Assembly: GCA_041649335.1 (NCBI GenBank)
Contig: JBAZNF010000002.1
Span: 1 to 60,657 of the forward strand
DNA length: 60,657 nt
Source of the DNA: Patescibacteria group bacterium
GTDB lineage: Bacteria; Patescibacteriota; Patescibacteriia; UBA10025; JAHIVO01
Direction: 5' to 3'
Part shown: positions 34,561-43,912 of the stretch, piece after piece
How the letters are laid out: each line of letters opens with the position of its first letter
How positions within the stretch are numbered: the first letter of the stretch is position 1
Position numbers and translations under genes: made by a program
The notes under the pieces: generated by a model
Told to the model about the DNA's origin: nothing
What the model saw: the letters and a program-made list of their open reading frames with translations, nothing else
Databases searched by the model: none

Positions 34561-35280
34561 ATGAGAATACGAGAAGAGGCACTGGCCTTGTATCGGAAGT
34601 ACTTTGAGCTGATCGAAGGCTCTCCGCTGCCGGAAACGTTCGTCATTGAACTGTCTGATCACGAACGAGGTGCCCCGATGGCATATATCCAGCAAGGCGG
34701 CATGGTTGGAGCCAAGATTGAGCCTGCTCATTATTGGCAAGACCTTCCTGAACCAGCGATTGCCGGTTTATGCGCTCATGAGATGGGCAACTATCTCCGT
34801 TGGCCTCCGCCGGCGATGCAGGTCGAACTCGGCGAGCGAATTGCTGAGGTTGACCGGCAGTACAAGATGCCCGAATATACGGAAACATGGCAGCGACGGA
34901 TCAACCGTTTGCGTTGGGAGTATGAGTACATCCATGGGTTGCTCATCATTACCCTCGCTGACAAGCTGGTGATTGATTATGAGGCATCAAAACTGCTTCT
35001 GAATGCCAGGTTGCCAGTCGATTGCCTGGTCCAATTTCTTGAAGCTGAACACGAACAGGAATTCAGGCAGGTTGAACCTGTTGAGCGCAAGCCCGGACGC
35101 GTATTCGTGGCGGAAGTCCGGATTGCACACGCCAGATTGCTGGCTCGTGGCGACGACGAAACGCGCCGTACAGCCGAGGATATGCGCCGTTTCTATGAGC
35201 GGTGGAGTAGACAGCTCCAGGCAGCCTATGAGCAGCACAAAGCTCTTTCTTCCGAACAGAAAACCCCGTCTGCGAGTTGA
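34561..35280 (+). CDS. hypothetical protein (contains CAHEMGNYL, not a full HExxH)
   Basis: 239 aa, soluble and helix-rich by composition. I recognise no family. Confidence 0.45.
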   Translation: MRIREEALALYRKYFELIEGSPLPETFVIELSDHERGAPMAYIQQGGMVGAKIEPAHYWQDLPEPAIAGLCAHEMGNYLRWPPPAMQVELGERIAEVDRQYKMPEYTETWQRRINRLRWEYEYIHGLLIITLADKLVIDYEASKLLLNARLPVDCLVQFLEAEHEQEFRQVEPVERKPGRVFVAEVRIAHARLLARGDDETRRTAEDMRRFYERWSRQLQAAYEQHKALSSEQKTPSAS

Positions 35281-35412
35281 CGATACGTCAATGAGCGGAT
35301 GGGGTTATTTTTTTTGACCATGAAGGGACACCCTTGGTTTCCCTTCATTACTTCCTTTCCCAAAGCGGTATTGCTCGGCCCGGGACCTTATAACCCGTGG
35401 CCTCGCGATGAT

Positions 35413-36222
35413 TTATTCAAGAAATATTAATTGGTTAATTATTCGTACAATTCCATCCTTTTGTAATTGTAGAGCAGCTTCGAGAACGTCGGTAGCGGTT
35501 CGCCCCATCCATTTGGTGATAAAAGGGATGGAGACGGATTTTTTCTTAAGTAATTGCCGGATGATCTCTCCGCGGATCTGGCGGATGGAGCCTTGAAATT
35601 TCGATTGCTTTGATAAGGCGGGAATACGCGAAATCCGGGCGGGAAGTTGCAATCGACTGTAATCCATTAGCGCATTGTGCCAGTCTCGTGATTTTTTCCG
35701 CGGCAATAACTTCCAGGCAATTGATTCCAACTTTTTCCGCGGCAATGTTGCGGATAGATGAAATTCATTAATAATGACGCGCCTGATATTCGTATCAATA
35801 GTGATTAGTGGCTTGTTAAATCCAAAAATTAAAATTGCCCGTGCTGTGTACGGACCAATACCTGTAAGTTTTTGTAATTCATTTTCGCTTTCCGGAAGTT
35901 TCCCGTTGTAATACATTACAACGGCGTGCGCCATTTTCCCGAGATTGATTGCGCGGCGATTGTAACCCAGCCCGGACCACATCTGTAGCAATTGCTTGTT
36001 CGTCGCACGTGATAATGATGGCCAGCCCGGCCAGCGCTTTATCCATTGATTGTATTTCGGCACAACTCGCTCAACTTGTGTTTGCTGAAGCATGATCTCG
36101 GCAACCGTAATTTTATACGGGTCAGTCGTTTGTCGCCACGGCAGCGTTCGTTTATGCAGCCTATAAAATGAAATAATTTTTTGTTGGAACCTAGCAACAG
36201 TACTAGCAGTCAGCTTTTTCAT
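35413..36222 (-). CDS. HhH-GPD DNA glycosylase of the MutY/EndoIII lineage lacking the Fe-S Cys cluster
   Basis: 269 aa. LPWRQTTDPYKITVAEIMLQQTQVERV, GLGYNRRAINL, LTGIGPYTARAILIF and IDTNIRRV match MutY-type motifs. No cysteines occur in the region where the C-x6-C-x2-C-x5-C cluster normally sits. Confidence 0.7.
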   Translation of the reverse strand: MKKLTASTVARFQQKIISFYRLHKRTLPWRQTTDPYKITVAEIMLQQTQVERVVPKYNQWIKRWPGWPSLSRATNKQLLQMWSGLGYNRRAINLGKMAHAVVMYYNGKLPESENELQKLTGIGPYTARAILIFGFNKPLITIDTNIRRVIINEFHLSATLPRKKLESIAWKLLPRKKSRDWHNALMDYSRLQLPARISRIPALSKQSKFQGSIRQIRGEIIRQLLKKKSVSIPFITKWMGRTATDVLEAALQLQKDGIVRIINQLIFLE

Positions 36223-36830
36223 TCTTGATTTTTAGGAAATGAGAACAGGTTACGCTGTACGGCCGTGACATTGAGCATCATATGAGCAACCGAACCGATA
36301 ATGAGGTTGGGAGCGATGGCATAACAGGCAGCAAAGCCGATACCGGCCGCAAAAGTGACTAAAAAAGCCTGACGCCGCGGCCGGTACATGAGGTGGGCGC
36401 TGGCAAAAATCAATGCACTGGCAATGATGGTGATAATAGTTGGAATAAACTCCTGCAGCCGGCTCTGGATAAAGCCGAAAAAGACAAATTGCTGCCCGAT
36501 GCTGATAGGGATGAACAAATACCGGAAATGCGGGTCTTGCCACCACTTGTGTATCGGAGTAATGCGCTGGAGACGGGCAATGAGGATGATAAAGCAGACG
36601 GCAATTACAACCAGTCCAACAAACCAGGGCAGGGCATCGGCCAGGTTATCCGTGCGGATACCTATCGAATACGCGGGGATATGAAATGCCACAACGTCGG
36701 CCACCATGAGCAGCCCGGCGGCGGCCAGGACGCCAAAACGGTGTGCACCCTTGATGAGGCCGGTATTGATGAGTACGAGGGGTACCAGGCCGAGGATGGT
36801 TACCTCGACTAAAGGTTGGAGCCAATTCAT
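36219..36830 (-). CDS. CPBP (CAAX/Abi) family intramembrane metalloprotease
   Basis: 203 aa, polytopic. FASAHLMY and SVAHMMLN motifs. Confidence 0.7.
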   Translation of the reverse strand: MNWLQPLVEVTILGLVPLVLINTGLIKGAHRFGVLAAAGLLMVADVVAFHIPAYSIGIRTDNLADALPWFVGLVVIAVCFIILIARLQRITPIHKWWQDPHFRYLFIPISIGQQFVFFGFIQSRLQEFIPTIITIIASALIFASAHLMYRPRRQAFLVTFAAGIGFAACYAIAPNLIIGSVAHMMLNVTAVQRNLFSFPKNQE

Positions 36831-37717
36831 ACCATAAATGATTTATGCCGCAGTGCTTCTTTATATATATACCACCTGCGTTTAATGAGCCAGACCGGCC
36901 ATTTGGCGAAAAATATTATGATGTTTTTTTTGCCGTGAAACAGGTAACGCAGGAATAAAACCGGGATTAAGATCGGGAGGAGGAATATTTTCAGGTAATC
37001 AGACGGTTCGGCCGCTATCCGCCATTTTGCCGGCCCGCCGAAGGCCAGGTAATGTTTTGGATACTTTGATTTCAAAATCGGCCAGACGGACAAGTTATTA
37101 GCTGACGATAGGAGGCTTTGTACCGTCCATTTTTCCGGCTGGTGGTAGACTAAAGCGTTCGGCGCCCGTTTGAAGGTAAGGCCGTTGGCCACGGCGCGGA
37201 TGGCCATTTCTGTATCTTCGTTGTGGTAGGGGTCGAAAAATGAATCAAAACCGCCAATCTTCGTAAATATTTCTTTTTTAAAGGCGATATTGGCGCCGCC
37301 CGGCCATTTTCCCCCGCCGTTGCTGGTCAGGCGTTCGGGGAAATATCCGCGGTAATGTTTGCTGATATAGTGTGTCGCCCCAAAAACAAAATCACAGGAG
37401 TTAGCTTGGAACATTTTTTCCAATTCAGCCAGCCAGTTGCCGTCCACGATACAGTCGTCGTCGGTAAAAGCAATGCTATCCCCGCCGGCCAACCCGATGC
37501 CGGTATTCCGGGATGAAGACGGCCCAAGATTTTTCAGGTGATGGATGGCCCGAATTTTCGGATTATTGATTCTGTCCAGATAGTCCTTGGTCCCGTCCGT
37601 CGACCCGTCATTGACAATGATGATTTCGAAATCAGCGTGGCGCAGAGCCAAAACCGACCGCAGGCAGTTCTGCAGGCGATTGAGGCGGTTGTATGTGGGG
37701 ACAATGACCGAAATCAT
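36827..37717 (-). CDS. family 2 glycosyltransferase
   Basis: 296 aa. ISVIVPTYNRLNRLQNCLRSVLA..FEIIIVNDGSTDGT and FTDDDC (DxD) motifs. Confidence 0.85.
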   Translation of the reverse strand: MISVIVPTYNRLNRLQNCLRSVLALRHADFEIIIVNDGSTDGTKDYLDRINNPKIRAIHHLKNLGPSSSRNTGIGLAGGDSIAFTDDDCIVDGNWLAELEKMFQANSCDFVFGATHYISKHYRGYFPERLTSNGGGKWPGGANIAFKKEIFTKIGGFDSFFDPYHNEDTEMAIRAVANGLTFKRAPNALVYHQPEKWTVQSLLSSANNLSVWPILKSKYPKHYLAFGGPAKWRIAAEPSDYLKIFLLPILIPVLFLRYLFHGKKNIIIFFAKWPVWLIKRRWYIYKEALRHKSFMV

Positions 37718-37738
37718 AGGGTTCCCCAGAAAAAATGG

Positions 37739-38416
37739 TTATGCGTTGCGGCCGTCCTTGACGTGCAGGATTTTTTTGCACGCGTTAGCCACTTCGTTGT
37801 TATGCGTTACAATCACGAACGTCTGATTTTTTTCCTGGTTCAGTTTTTTTAGCGTATTGATGATTTCCAGTGAGGTATTGCTGTCCAGTTCGCCGGTCGG
37901 CTCGTCAGCAAGGATGATTGACGGGTTGTTCATCAACGCGCGGGCTAGGGCCACGCGTTGTTGCTGCCCGCCTGACAGCTCGTTGGGCCGATGGTCCACC
38001 CGGTCCCCCAGGCCCATCGTCGTTAAAAGTTCCATAGCCCTTTTTTTCCGGTCGGCATAATTCAAGCCGCCGTATTTACCGGCCAACATGACGTTTTCCA
38101 GGGCCGTCAGCGCCGGGATAAGGTTGAAGCCCTGGAAGACAAAGCCGATCTTTTTGGCGCGAATTTGGTGCGCTTCGTATTCTTTCATTTTTGACGTATC
38201 AATGCCGTCGATGACCAGCGTGCCCTCGTCAGGAGTGTCGAGAAGCCCGAGCATATGCAATAAGGTTGATTTGCCGCAGCCCGACGGCCCGACAATGGCG
38301 GTGAAGTCGCCTTCATGTACTTCCATATCCATGCCGCGCAGGGCTTGGACCTTATTCGTCTTGGTCAGGTCGTACGTTTTTTTCAGCTGGGTGGCTTTGA
38401 TGATGGTTTTATTCAT
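37739..38416 (-). CDS. ABC transporter ATP-binding protein (MacB/LolD-type)
   Basis: Start moved to the internal Met (MNKTIIKATQLKKTYDL). Walker A GPSGCGKST, signature LSGGQQQRVALARAL, Walker B ILADEPTG. Confidence 0.9.
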   Translation of the reverse strand: MNKTIIKATQLKKTYDLTKTNKVQALRGMDMEVHEGDFTAIVGPSGCGKSTLLHMLGLLDTPDEGTLVIDGIDTSKMKEYEAHQIRAKKIGFVFQGFNLIPALTALENVMLAGKYGGLNYADRKKRAMELLTTMGLGDRVDHRPNELSGGQQQRVALARALMNNPSIILADEPTGELDSNTSLEIINTLKKLNQEKNQTFVIVTHNNEVANACKKILHVKDGRNA

Positions 38417-38429
38417 AGGTGTATGATGG

Positions 38430-39722
38430 TTAGAGTTCACGGATAGCATCCACTGCCGGCATGCGGGAGGCTTTGACCGCCGGGATAATGCCGGCGATAA
38501 TGCCCAGGACAAAGGAAAAGGCGACCACGCCGCCTAGGAAGCCCGGAGAGAGCAGGAAAATTTCTGCTGACGTATTTTTATTCAGGATGGTGGCCAGCAG
38601 AGCGCCTAATCCCATACCGATCAATCCGCCGATAAAACCGATGACACCGGCTTCCAGCGTATATTCGCTGGCAATGGCTTTGCGTGAGGCGCCGAGGGCC
38701 TTTTTGATGCCGATTTCCTTTTTGCGTTCGGAGATGGACATGATCATGGTGTTGATGATGGAGAATCCGCCGACGATCAAGGCGATCAGGGCGCTGCCCA
38801 GGATCATGGTGTTGAAAATGGCCGAAGCCTTGTCTATCATTTCGCCCAGTGCCTTCGGCGACAGTACGACGGCCTCATCTTTGAACTGATCTTTGATGCG
38901 GGTCGCTACCGTGTCGGCATCCTGGCCGTCTTTCCATGATACGGCGGCCATTTGGTTGATGTCCTCCAGTTTGAATCCCTTAGCTTCGGCAATCTGGGTC
39001 CGGGTGGCTTCAGGCAGCTTGGCCAGTTCGGTATCAGTTATATTCAACGCTTCAGTGGACCGTTCTACGAGAGATTTCAGGAATGGTACCGAATCGACCA
39101 GCAACTGCCGGGCCGGCTTCATGGGCATGAATACATACTGGTCCGGTCCGGTGAGCGTCTGTGCTGTTATGCCAACAACCTTAAAATCGGTACCGCGGAC
39201 ATTGAACGTATCGTCGACTTTCAGGTTGTTGTCGCCGGCGATCGTGTAGCCGACCGTAATTGCATTGTCGCCGTCTTCTTTGGTAATCATGTGGCCTGAC
39301 TCCATGTCCATGGTGGCCCAGTTACGGTTTTGGAATGTTGAATCCAGGTCCATCGCCTGGATGGTCGGAGGTGGGCCGAAGCTCATGCTCTGGCTGGACG
39401 GGTCGTTTAAGTCTACCTCCTTCAAGCTCAGTGATATGCCGCCCGCTACAGCTTCAACCCCGTCAACTTGGGCGATTTTATTCAGCGTGTCGACGGCCAG
39501 GAATGCCGATCCGCCGCCTTCGCCGAATGCCGACGCTACGGTGCCTTTCGGCATGACCGTGATCTGTCCCGTAATAAACCGCTTGCCGCCGCTGATCATT
39601 TTGTTGATTTTCAGGGCCAGTGAACCCATAACCGTAAAAGCGAAAATACCGATGGCGATGCCGAAAATGGTTAATATTGACCGCATTTTCCGGCGCCACA
39701 TGTTCCGAAAGATTTCCTTCAT
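38430..39722 (-). CDS. ABC transporter permease (MacB-like periplasmic domain plus FtsX domain)
   Basis: Start at the Met of MKEIFRNMWRRKMRSILTIFGIAIGIFAF. Large extracytoplasmic domain, then the C-terminal FtsX-type 3-TM bundle (ERKKEIGIKKALGA). Confidence 0.85.
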   Translation of the reverse strand: MKEIFRNMWRRKMRSILTIFGIAIGIFAFTVMGSLALKINKMISGGKRFITGQITVMPKGTVASAFGEGGGSAFLAVDTLNKIAQVDGVEAVAGGISLSLKEVDLNDPSSQSMSFGPPPTIQAMDLDSTFQNRNWATMDMESGHMITKEDGDNAITVGYTIAGDNNLKVDDTFNVRGTDFKVVGITAQTLTGPDQYVFMPMKPARQLLVDSVPFLKSLVERSTEALNITDTELAKLPEATRTQIAEAKGFKLEDINQMAAVSWKDGQDADTVATRIKDQFKDEAVVLSPKALGEMIDKASAIFNTMILGSALIALIVGGFSIINTMIMSISERKKEIGIKKALGASRKAIASEYTLEAGVIGFIGGLIGMGLGALLATILNKNTSAEIFLLSPGFLGGVVAFSFVLGIIAGIIPAVKASRMPAVDAIREL

Positions 39723-39818
39723 ACTTGAGTGGAGGTTAGTGTTAAGAAAGATCATTATAACAAAAAAATAACCTTACGTCTAACGCATTAAGGAAAGGGT
39801 GGGAGTGGCTAATATTCG

Positions 39819-40235
39819 CTATTTTTTTGATTTTTCGACAGCTGAAATCGCCTGCCAAATCCAATGCCCGCGGATTTTATTTAGCTGGTACATTTTTTGA
39901 ACCTCTTTATACGTAAACCAACCGGCGTCAAGAATTTCACGTTTAGGAAAATGTAAATGGCCGCCAATAATGCGCCCTTGGTACGCATGTCCAACGGGAT
40001 GGTTGAGGCCGGCATGGCGGACGAAAAGTTTTCTGAGGAGCTTGACCCGGAATCCCGTTTCCTCAAAAACTTCCCTGATCGCCCGGCGTTCGAGCGTATC
40101 GCCGACCTCGGCGCGTCCGGCCGGGATATTCCATTTGCCGTACACCGGTTTTTTCCTCTCCTGGACCAGCAGATACTTCCCGTCCTTTTTGATGACCGTG
40201 CCGACGGTAACTTGTACTTTGGCGTAGCGGGGCAT
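39819..40235 (-). CDS. NUDIX hydrolase
   Basis: 138 aa. Nudix box GRAEVGDTLERRAIREVFEETG. Confidence 0.85.
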   Translation of the reverse strand: MPRYAKVQVTVGTVIKKDGKYLLVQERKKPVYGKWNIPAGRAEVGDTLERRAIREVFEETGFRVKLLRKLFVRHAGLNHPVGHAYQGRIIGGHLHFPKREILDAGWFTYKEVQKMYQLNKIRGHWIWQAISAVEKSKK

Positions 40236-40237
40236 GG

Positions 40238-40630
40238 TTATTTACCTTCCTTAAAATCCAGGGCCAGTGAGTTAATGCAATATCTTTGTCCGGTTGGTTG
40301 GGGGCCATCATTGAACACATGGCCGAGATGGGCGCCGCATTTGGAGCATAATACCTCTGTCCGGTTTATGCCTAGCGTGCTATCCACTTCCGTCTTGATG
40401 TTGGCCTTGACCGCCAGGTCCCAAAAGCTCGGCCAGCCGGTGCCGGATTCGAATTTTGTGTCCGATGTGAACAGTTCCTGACCGCAGTTTACGCAGATAT
40501 ACTTACCTTTCGTTTTATTGTGCAGCCATTTGCCGGATCCCGGGGGCTCGGTGCCTTTCATGAAGCAGACGTTATACTGTTCAGGGGTAAGGTTTGCCCC
40601 TATACTAACTGGTTTGTTACTATTTTGCAT
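40238..40630 (-). CDS. msrB: peptide-methionine (R)-S-oxide reductase
   Basis: 130 aa. CVNCGQELF..GTGWPSFW..CSKCGAHLGHVFNDGP..RYCINS. Confidence 0.92.
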   Translation of the reverse strand: MQNSNKPVSIGANLTPEQYNVCFMKGTEPPGSGKWLHNKTKGKYICVNCGQELFTSDTKFESGTGWPSFWDLAVKANIKTEVDSTLGINRTEVLCSKCGAHLGHVFNDGPQPTGQRYCINSLALDFKEGK

Positions 40631-40713
40631 ATTCTATAATGGTAAAGTTTGTGTTAGGGTTGGCGCTGCCCGTATCGTTTTTGTTTGGGGAAGCGCCTGG
40701 TATAAATATTGGC

Positions 40714-41427
40714 TTAACGTAGGCCTGCTACAATTGCAAAACGACCTTCTGGTTCGCCTGAGCGTGAGTCGCGGTAGTGGGAAAAGTGGTCAGCCGATGT
40801 TGCTGTATTGATCTTTGAATCCTGGATGTTGTCGGCTAACATCCCGTTGCGCTGGAGAAGGGTGGCGGTCATGCCGGCGAGGTCAAGTGAAATGTTCCCG
40901 TCGGTCTGGCGCTTGGCGAACGGTTGCCAGGCAGGATCCGAGGCTTGCGGTACGGTCGGCGGCAAGCCGTACGATTCTTTGCGTATACATGGCCCGATGT
41001 AGCACAGGAGCCGTTCAGGATCAGCCTGGGCGGCACGTTCAATCGTGGACAATATGTTTTCAATGAACCGTTCACCGGCATTATACCGGGAAATGTGCGC
41101 TACCGCCACGACCGAATAATTCTGGTCATGGATGACCAACGGCAGGCAGTCGGCGACGAAGGTGAATAGGAACAGCCTCTTCTCCTTGGTAACCAGGCAG
41201 TCGGCCGCGATGCCGTCCAGGGCGGTCATGCCGCGTCTTTTATCCTGGGTGCTGACCTGCACGCACTCCTCGCTATCCTGCAGGCTCATGGCTACACAGT
41301 CTTCGATGGCGATGTCGCTGTTTAGCAGGAATTTTTTTCTATTCGATAAGGCTTCGCCGGCCGGACCATAGCGGAAGGACATGTTGCCGTCTGATTTTTT
41401 TGAAATAGTGTATAGTAATTTTCCCAT
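40714..41427 (-). CDS. pgeF: YfiH/PgeF (Cu_oxidase_4, laccase-domain) family protein
   Basis: Start at the ATG at 41425-41427 (MGKLLYTISKKSDGNMSF), which avoids overlap with panD. VADCLPLVIHD and VAHISRYN (H-C-H triad context). Confidence 0.7.
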   Translation of the reverse strand: MGKLLYTISKKSDGNMSFRYGPAGEALSNRKKFLLNSDIAIEDCVAMSLQDSEECVQVSTQDKRRGMTALDGIAADCLVTKEKRLFLFTFVADCLPLVIHDQNYSVVAVAHISRYNAGERFIENILSTIERAAQADPERLLCYIGPCIRKESYGLPPTVPQASDPAWQPFAKRQTDGNISLDLAGMTATLLQRNGMLADNIQDSKINTATSADHFSHYRDSRSGEPEGRFAIVAGLR

Positions 41428-41437
41428 ACTTTCACAT

Positions 41438-41782
41438 TCATGATAGATACCTGACAAAGCGGTTATGGCCGTCCACCAGAACATTATTTGCCACAATCGG
41501 CTTGTCCGACAGCTCGAAGCCCATAATGATTATTTCTTCTCCTGTATGTATTACGTGGGCCGATGCGCCGTTCATGCAGATGACGCCGGAGTTCTTGGCG
41601 CCCTTGATGACGTATGTTTCCAGCCTGGCGCCGGTAGTGTTACTGACAACCAGCACTTTTTCGCCGGGCCAGAATCCGGCCTTATCGATCAGGTCTTCGT
41701 CTATGGTAATACTGCCAACGTAATTAAGGTTAGCCTCAGTGACCGTGGCTTTATGGATTTTTGATCGGAGGACGAAGCGCAT
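41438..41782 (-). CDS. panD: aspartate 1-decarboxylase
   Basis: 114 aa. [31 protein letters not shown] (self-processing G-S site). Confidence 0.92.
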   Translation of the reverse strand: MRFVLRSKIHKATVTEANLNYVGSITIDEDLIDKAGFWPGEKVLVVSNTTGARLETYVIKGAKNSGVICMNGASAHVIHTGEEIIIMGFELSDKPIVANNVLVDGHNRFVRYLS

Positions 41783-41785
41783 AGA

Positions 41786-42502
41786 CTATTTTATTGATGG
41801 CTGAGTAGCCAAGTTTACTTTAGCAAATTGTCGATAAAATAGGTAGACAAAGATAAAACTAATGCCCGTTAGTATATGCCACAAGGTATGCCCGTTCAAG
41901 TAGTGATAAGTATTCGCGTCGCACCAGAGGTGGGTGTAATCAAACATCCAGATAACAGCGGCAACCGAAGCGATGAGTAAGGCCGTCAAGATATGGTTCA
42001 GCAGGTACTTCGGCGTTCGCGACCAGGCAACCGCCTCGAGTGCCAGGACGACAGCCAATTCTATGCCAAAAACCAGGATACCGATGTTAAAGCCTTTTAA
42101 CGTACGGATCGTATACATGATTGCCAAGCAAAGGATGACCGTCAATACATACAACCAGGTAGCTGTGGAGTACTTTAGGCCTGGTTTTATGCGCTGAAGA
42201 TTGAGAACAAGCAGGAACGTGGCGAAGAGGAACATTGAGCCGAGATCAAACATTTGGCCGATGGATGTATATGAGGCGTGGTAGGTAAACGAAAATAGTC
42301 CGATTAGTATGACAATCGGTCCCAGCCACCAGAGCAGAGTTTTTCTTTGGCCCCGGGCCAGGTAGAGGATGAGTATGCCGACAATAATATACACTAGGTT
42401 TGACCAGGCGTTTGCCGGTTGGACGATGTAGCTGCACAGGTTTGGTTCGCAGAACTTGATGACCGGAGTAGCCAGGTTTGCGTAAGGGCAGAGGGGGGTC
42501 AT
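41786..42502 (-). CDS. alkaline ceramidase-like 7-TM hydrolase family protein
   Basis: 238 aa. N-terminal FCEPNLCSYIVQPANAWSNLVYI, seven hydrophobic segments, and C-terminal HTLWHILT histidines. Confidence 0.6.
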   Translation of the reverse strand: MTPLCPYANLATPVIKFCEPNLCSYIVQPANAWSNLVYIIVGILILYLARGQRKTLLWWLGPIVILIGLFSFTYHASYTSIGQMFDLGSMFLFATFLLVLNLQRIKPGLKYSTATWLYVLTVILCLAIMYTIRTLKGFNIGILVFGIELAVVLALEAVAWSRTPKYLLNHILTALLIASVAAVIWMFDYTHLWCDANTYHYLNGHTLWHILTGISFIFVYLFYRQFAKVNLATQPSIK

Positions 42503-43134
42503 GATTGTTCGGGTTGGTAATGTTTCCCAGCCAGATGGGCGATACGTGACATGATTATTTGATTGACCTCGTCCAGCAGGGTTCTGTCAATTGGCCGGTC
42601 ATGCCATTTTTTCAAATCTATCGGCGATCCAATTGTAATATGAAGGCGGCCGAAGAAAATTTCCATAAAGAATCCGAGCGGAGTTTTCGGCGGTGGAGAC
42701 GTGCGGCGCAGGCCGATCGGGATGACGGGTATCGTGGTACTGAGCGAAAGTCGGGCGGCGCCCGTTTTTGCTTTTTCGATTACATTATCAGTATTGATGC
42801 CCCCTTCGGGGAATACCAGTACGGACCGTCCAGCGCGAAGGAGTCGCATTGATTCATCGATTGTTTTTCCCCGGTCCCGGTATATCGGGATGGTACCCAA
42901 CCATTTTTTCCATAAAGGGAAGCTTAATATTTTCCATTTACTAATGGAGTATATTTTTTTACCGTGCGTATACGGAATTATCGCCGCGGCGATCAAAATC
43001 GCGTCTTGTTCGCTGACGTGGTTGGCCACATAAATTGCCGGTCCGGTTTTTGGCACGTTTTCCAGGCCGGACAGCGACATGATGCGCGGACGGAGAAGCG
43101 GAACGAATATCCTTCTGGAAATAGGATAGGACAT
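42499..43134 (-). CDS. PlsC-type acyltransferase (second copy in window)
   Basis: Start at the ATG at 43132-43134 (MSYPISRRIF). YVANHVSEQDAIL (H-x4-D) and VFPEGGI motifs. Confidence 0.75.
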   Translation of the reverse strand: MSYPISRRIFVPLLRPRIMSLSGLENVPKTGPAIYVANHVSEQDAILIAAAIIPYTHGKKIYSISKWKILSFPLWKKWLGTIPIYRDRGKTIDESMRLLRAGRSVLVFPEGGINTDNVIEKAKTGAARLSLSTTIPVIPIGLRRTSPPPKTPLGFFMEIFFGRLHITIGSPIDLKKWHDRPIDRTLLDEVNQIIMSRIAHLAGKHYQPEQS

Positions 43135-43141
43135 GATTGCG

Positions 43142-43903
43142 TTATATTCTGGCCGGGTTGTCGCGCCGTACAGCATCCAGGTTGATGAAGAAGATGGTGG
43201 TCGCGACAATTGAAAAAGTAAATATGATGTCCGAGAGCGTGGAGAGGCAGGCATTAAATGCCTGATTATGTATGTTCACAAACGGCTGGCTGATGACCCA
43301 GGTGATCATGCCGGTAATCAGCCCAAACACCAGAAGATAGCCGGCGACTTTCCACCAGCGGCCCCTGACTATGGATTGGCTGTAGCGGATCGCGTCAAGT
43401 CCACTTTTACTTTTTAATACTACAATATAGGTAGTGAAAGCCCAGTAGAATCCAAATATGACGGCCGGGATGACCAGCAGGAACGTTAACCCGAGCAGGA
43501 ACGCGACCAGCAACAGAGTCGTGCCAATCAGCGGCAGCCAGCGGGTCAAGGCGAAACGGAACGCCGTCTTGAAATCAACCGGTTTATTTTCCAGATGCAT
43601 ACTGACGATATAGGCGATGGCGGCCGGGGCCAGGACGCCGGCTACCAGCAGCAGCGCGAGCGATACCACGAGTTCCATCACCATCGTGCCGTTGGTTATG
43701 TCATTGGCGTCAACATTGTTGCCGGGCATATAGGCTGAGATGATGTTGAGCGGCAGAAAAATGACCAGGGCGATGAGGATGATGGCCTGCAGGTGTTCTG
43801 AAAAAATCTGCCAGGCGCCTGAGATGATTTCCGAGAGGGTCAGCTCCCGACGACGTATGTCGCCGATCGGACCAGGTGGTAACTGACGAGGTAAGGTTTC
43901 CAT
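43142..43903 (-). CDS. polytopic membrane protein, unknown function
   Basis: 253 aa with five or six TM segments. I recognise no motif. Confidence 0.5.
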   Translation of the reverse strand: METLPRQLPPGPIGDIRRRELTLSEIISGAWQIFSEHLQAIILIALVIFLPLNIISAYMPGNNVDANDITNGTMVMELVVSLALLLVAGVLAPAAIAYIVSMHLENKPVDFKTAFRFALTRWLPLIGTTLLLVAFLLGLTFLLVIPAVIFGFYWAFTTYIVVLKSKSGLDAIRYSQSIVRGRWWKVAGYLLVFGLITGMITWVISQPFVNIHNQAFNACLSTLSDIIFTFSIVATTIFFINLDAVRRDNPARI

Positions 43904-43912
43904 AGGATAGGA

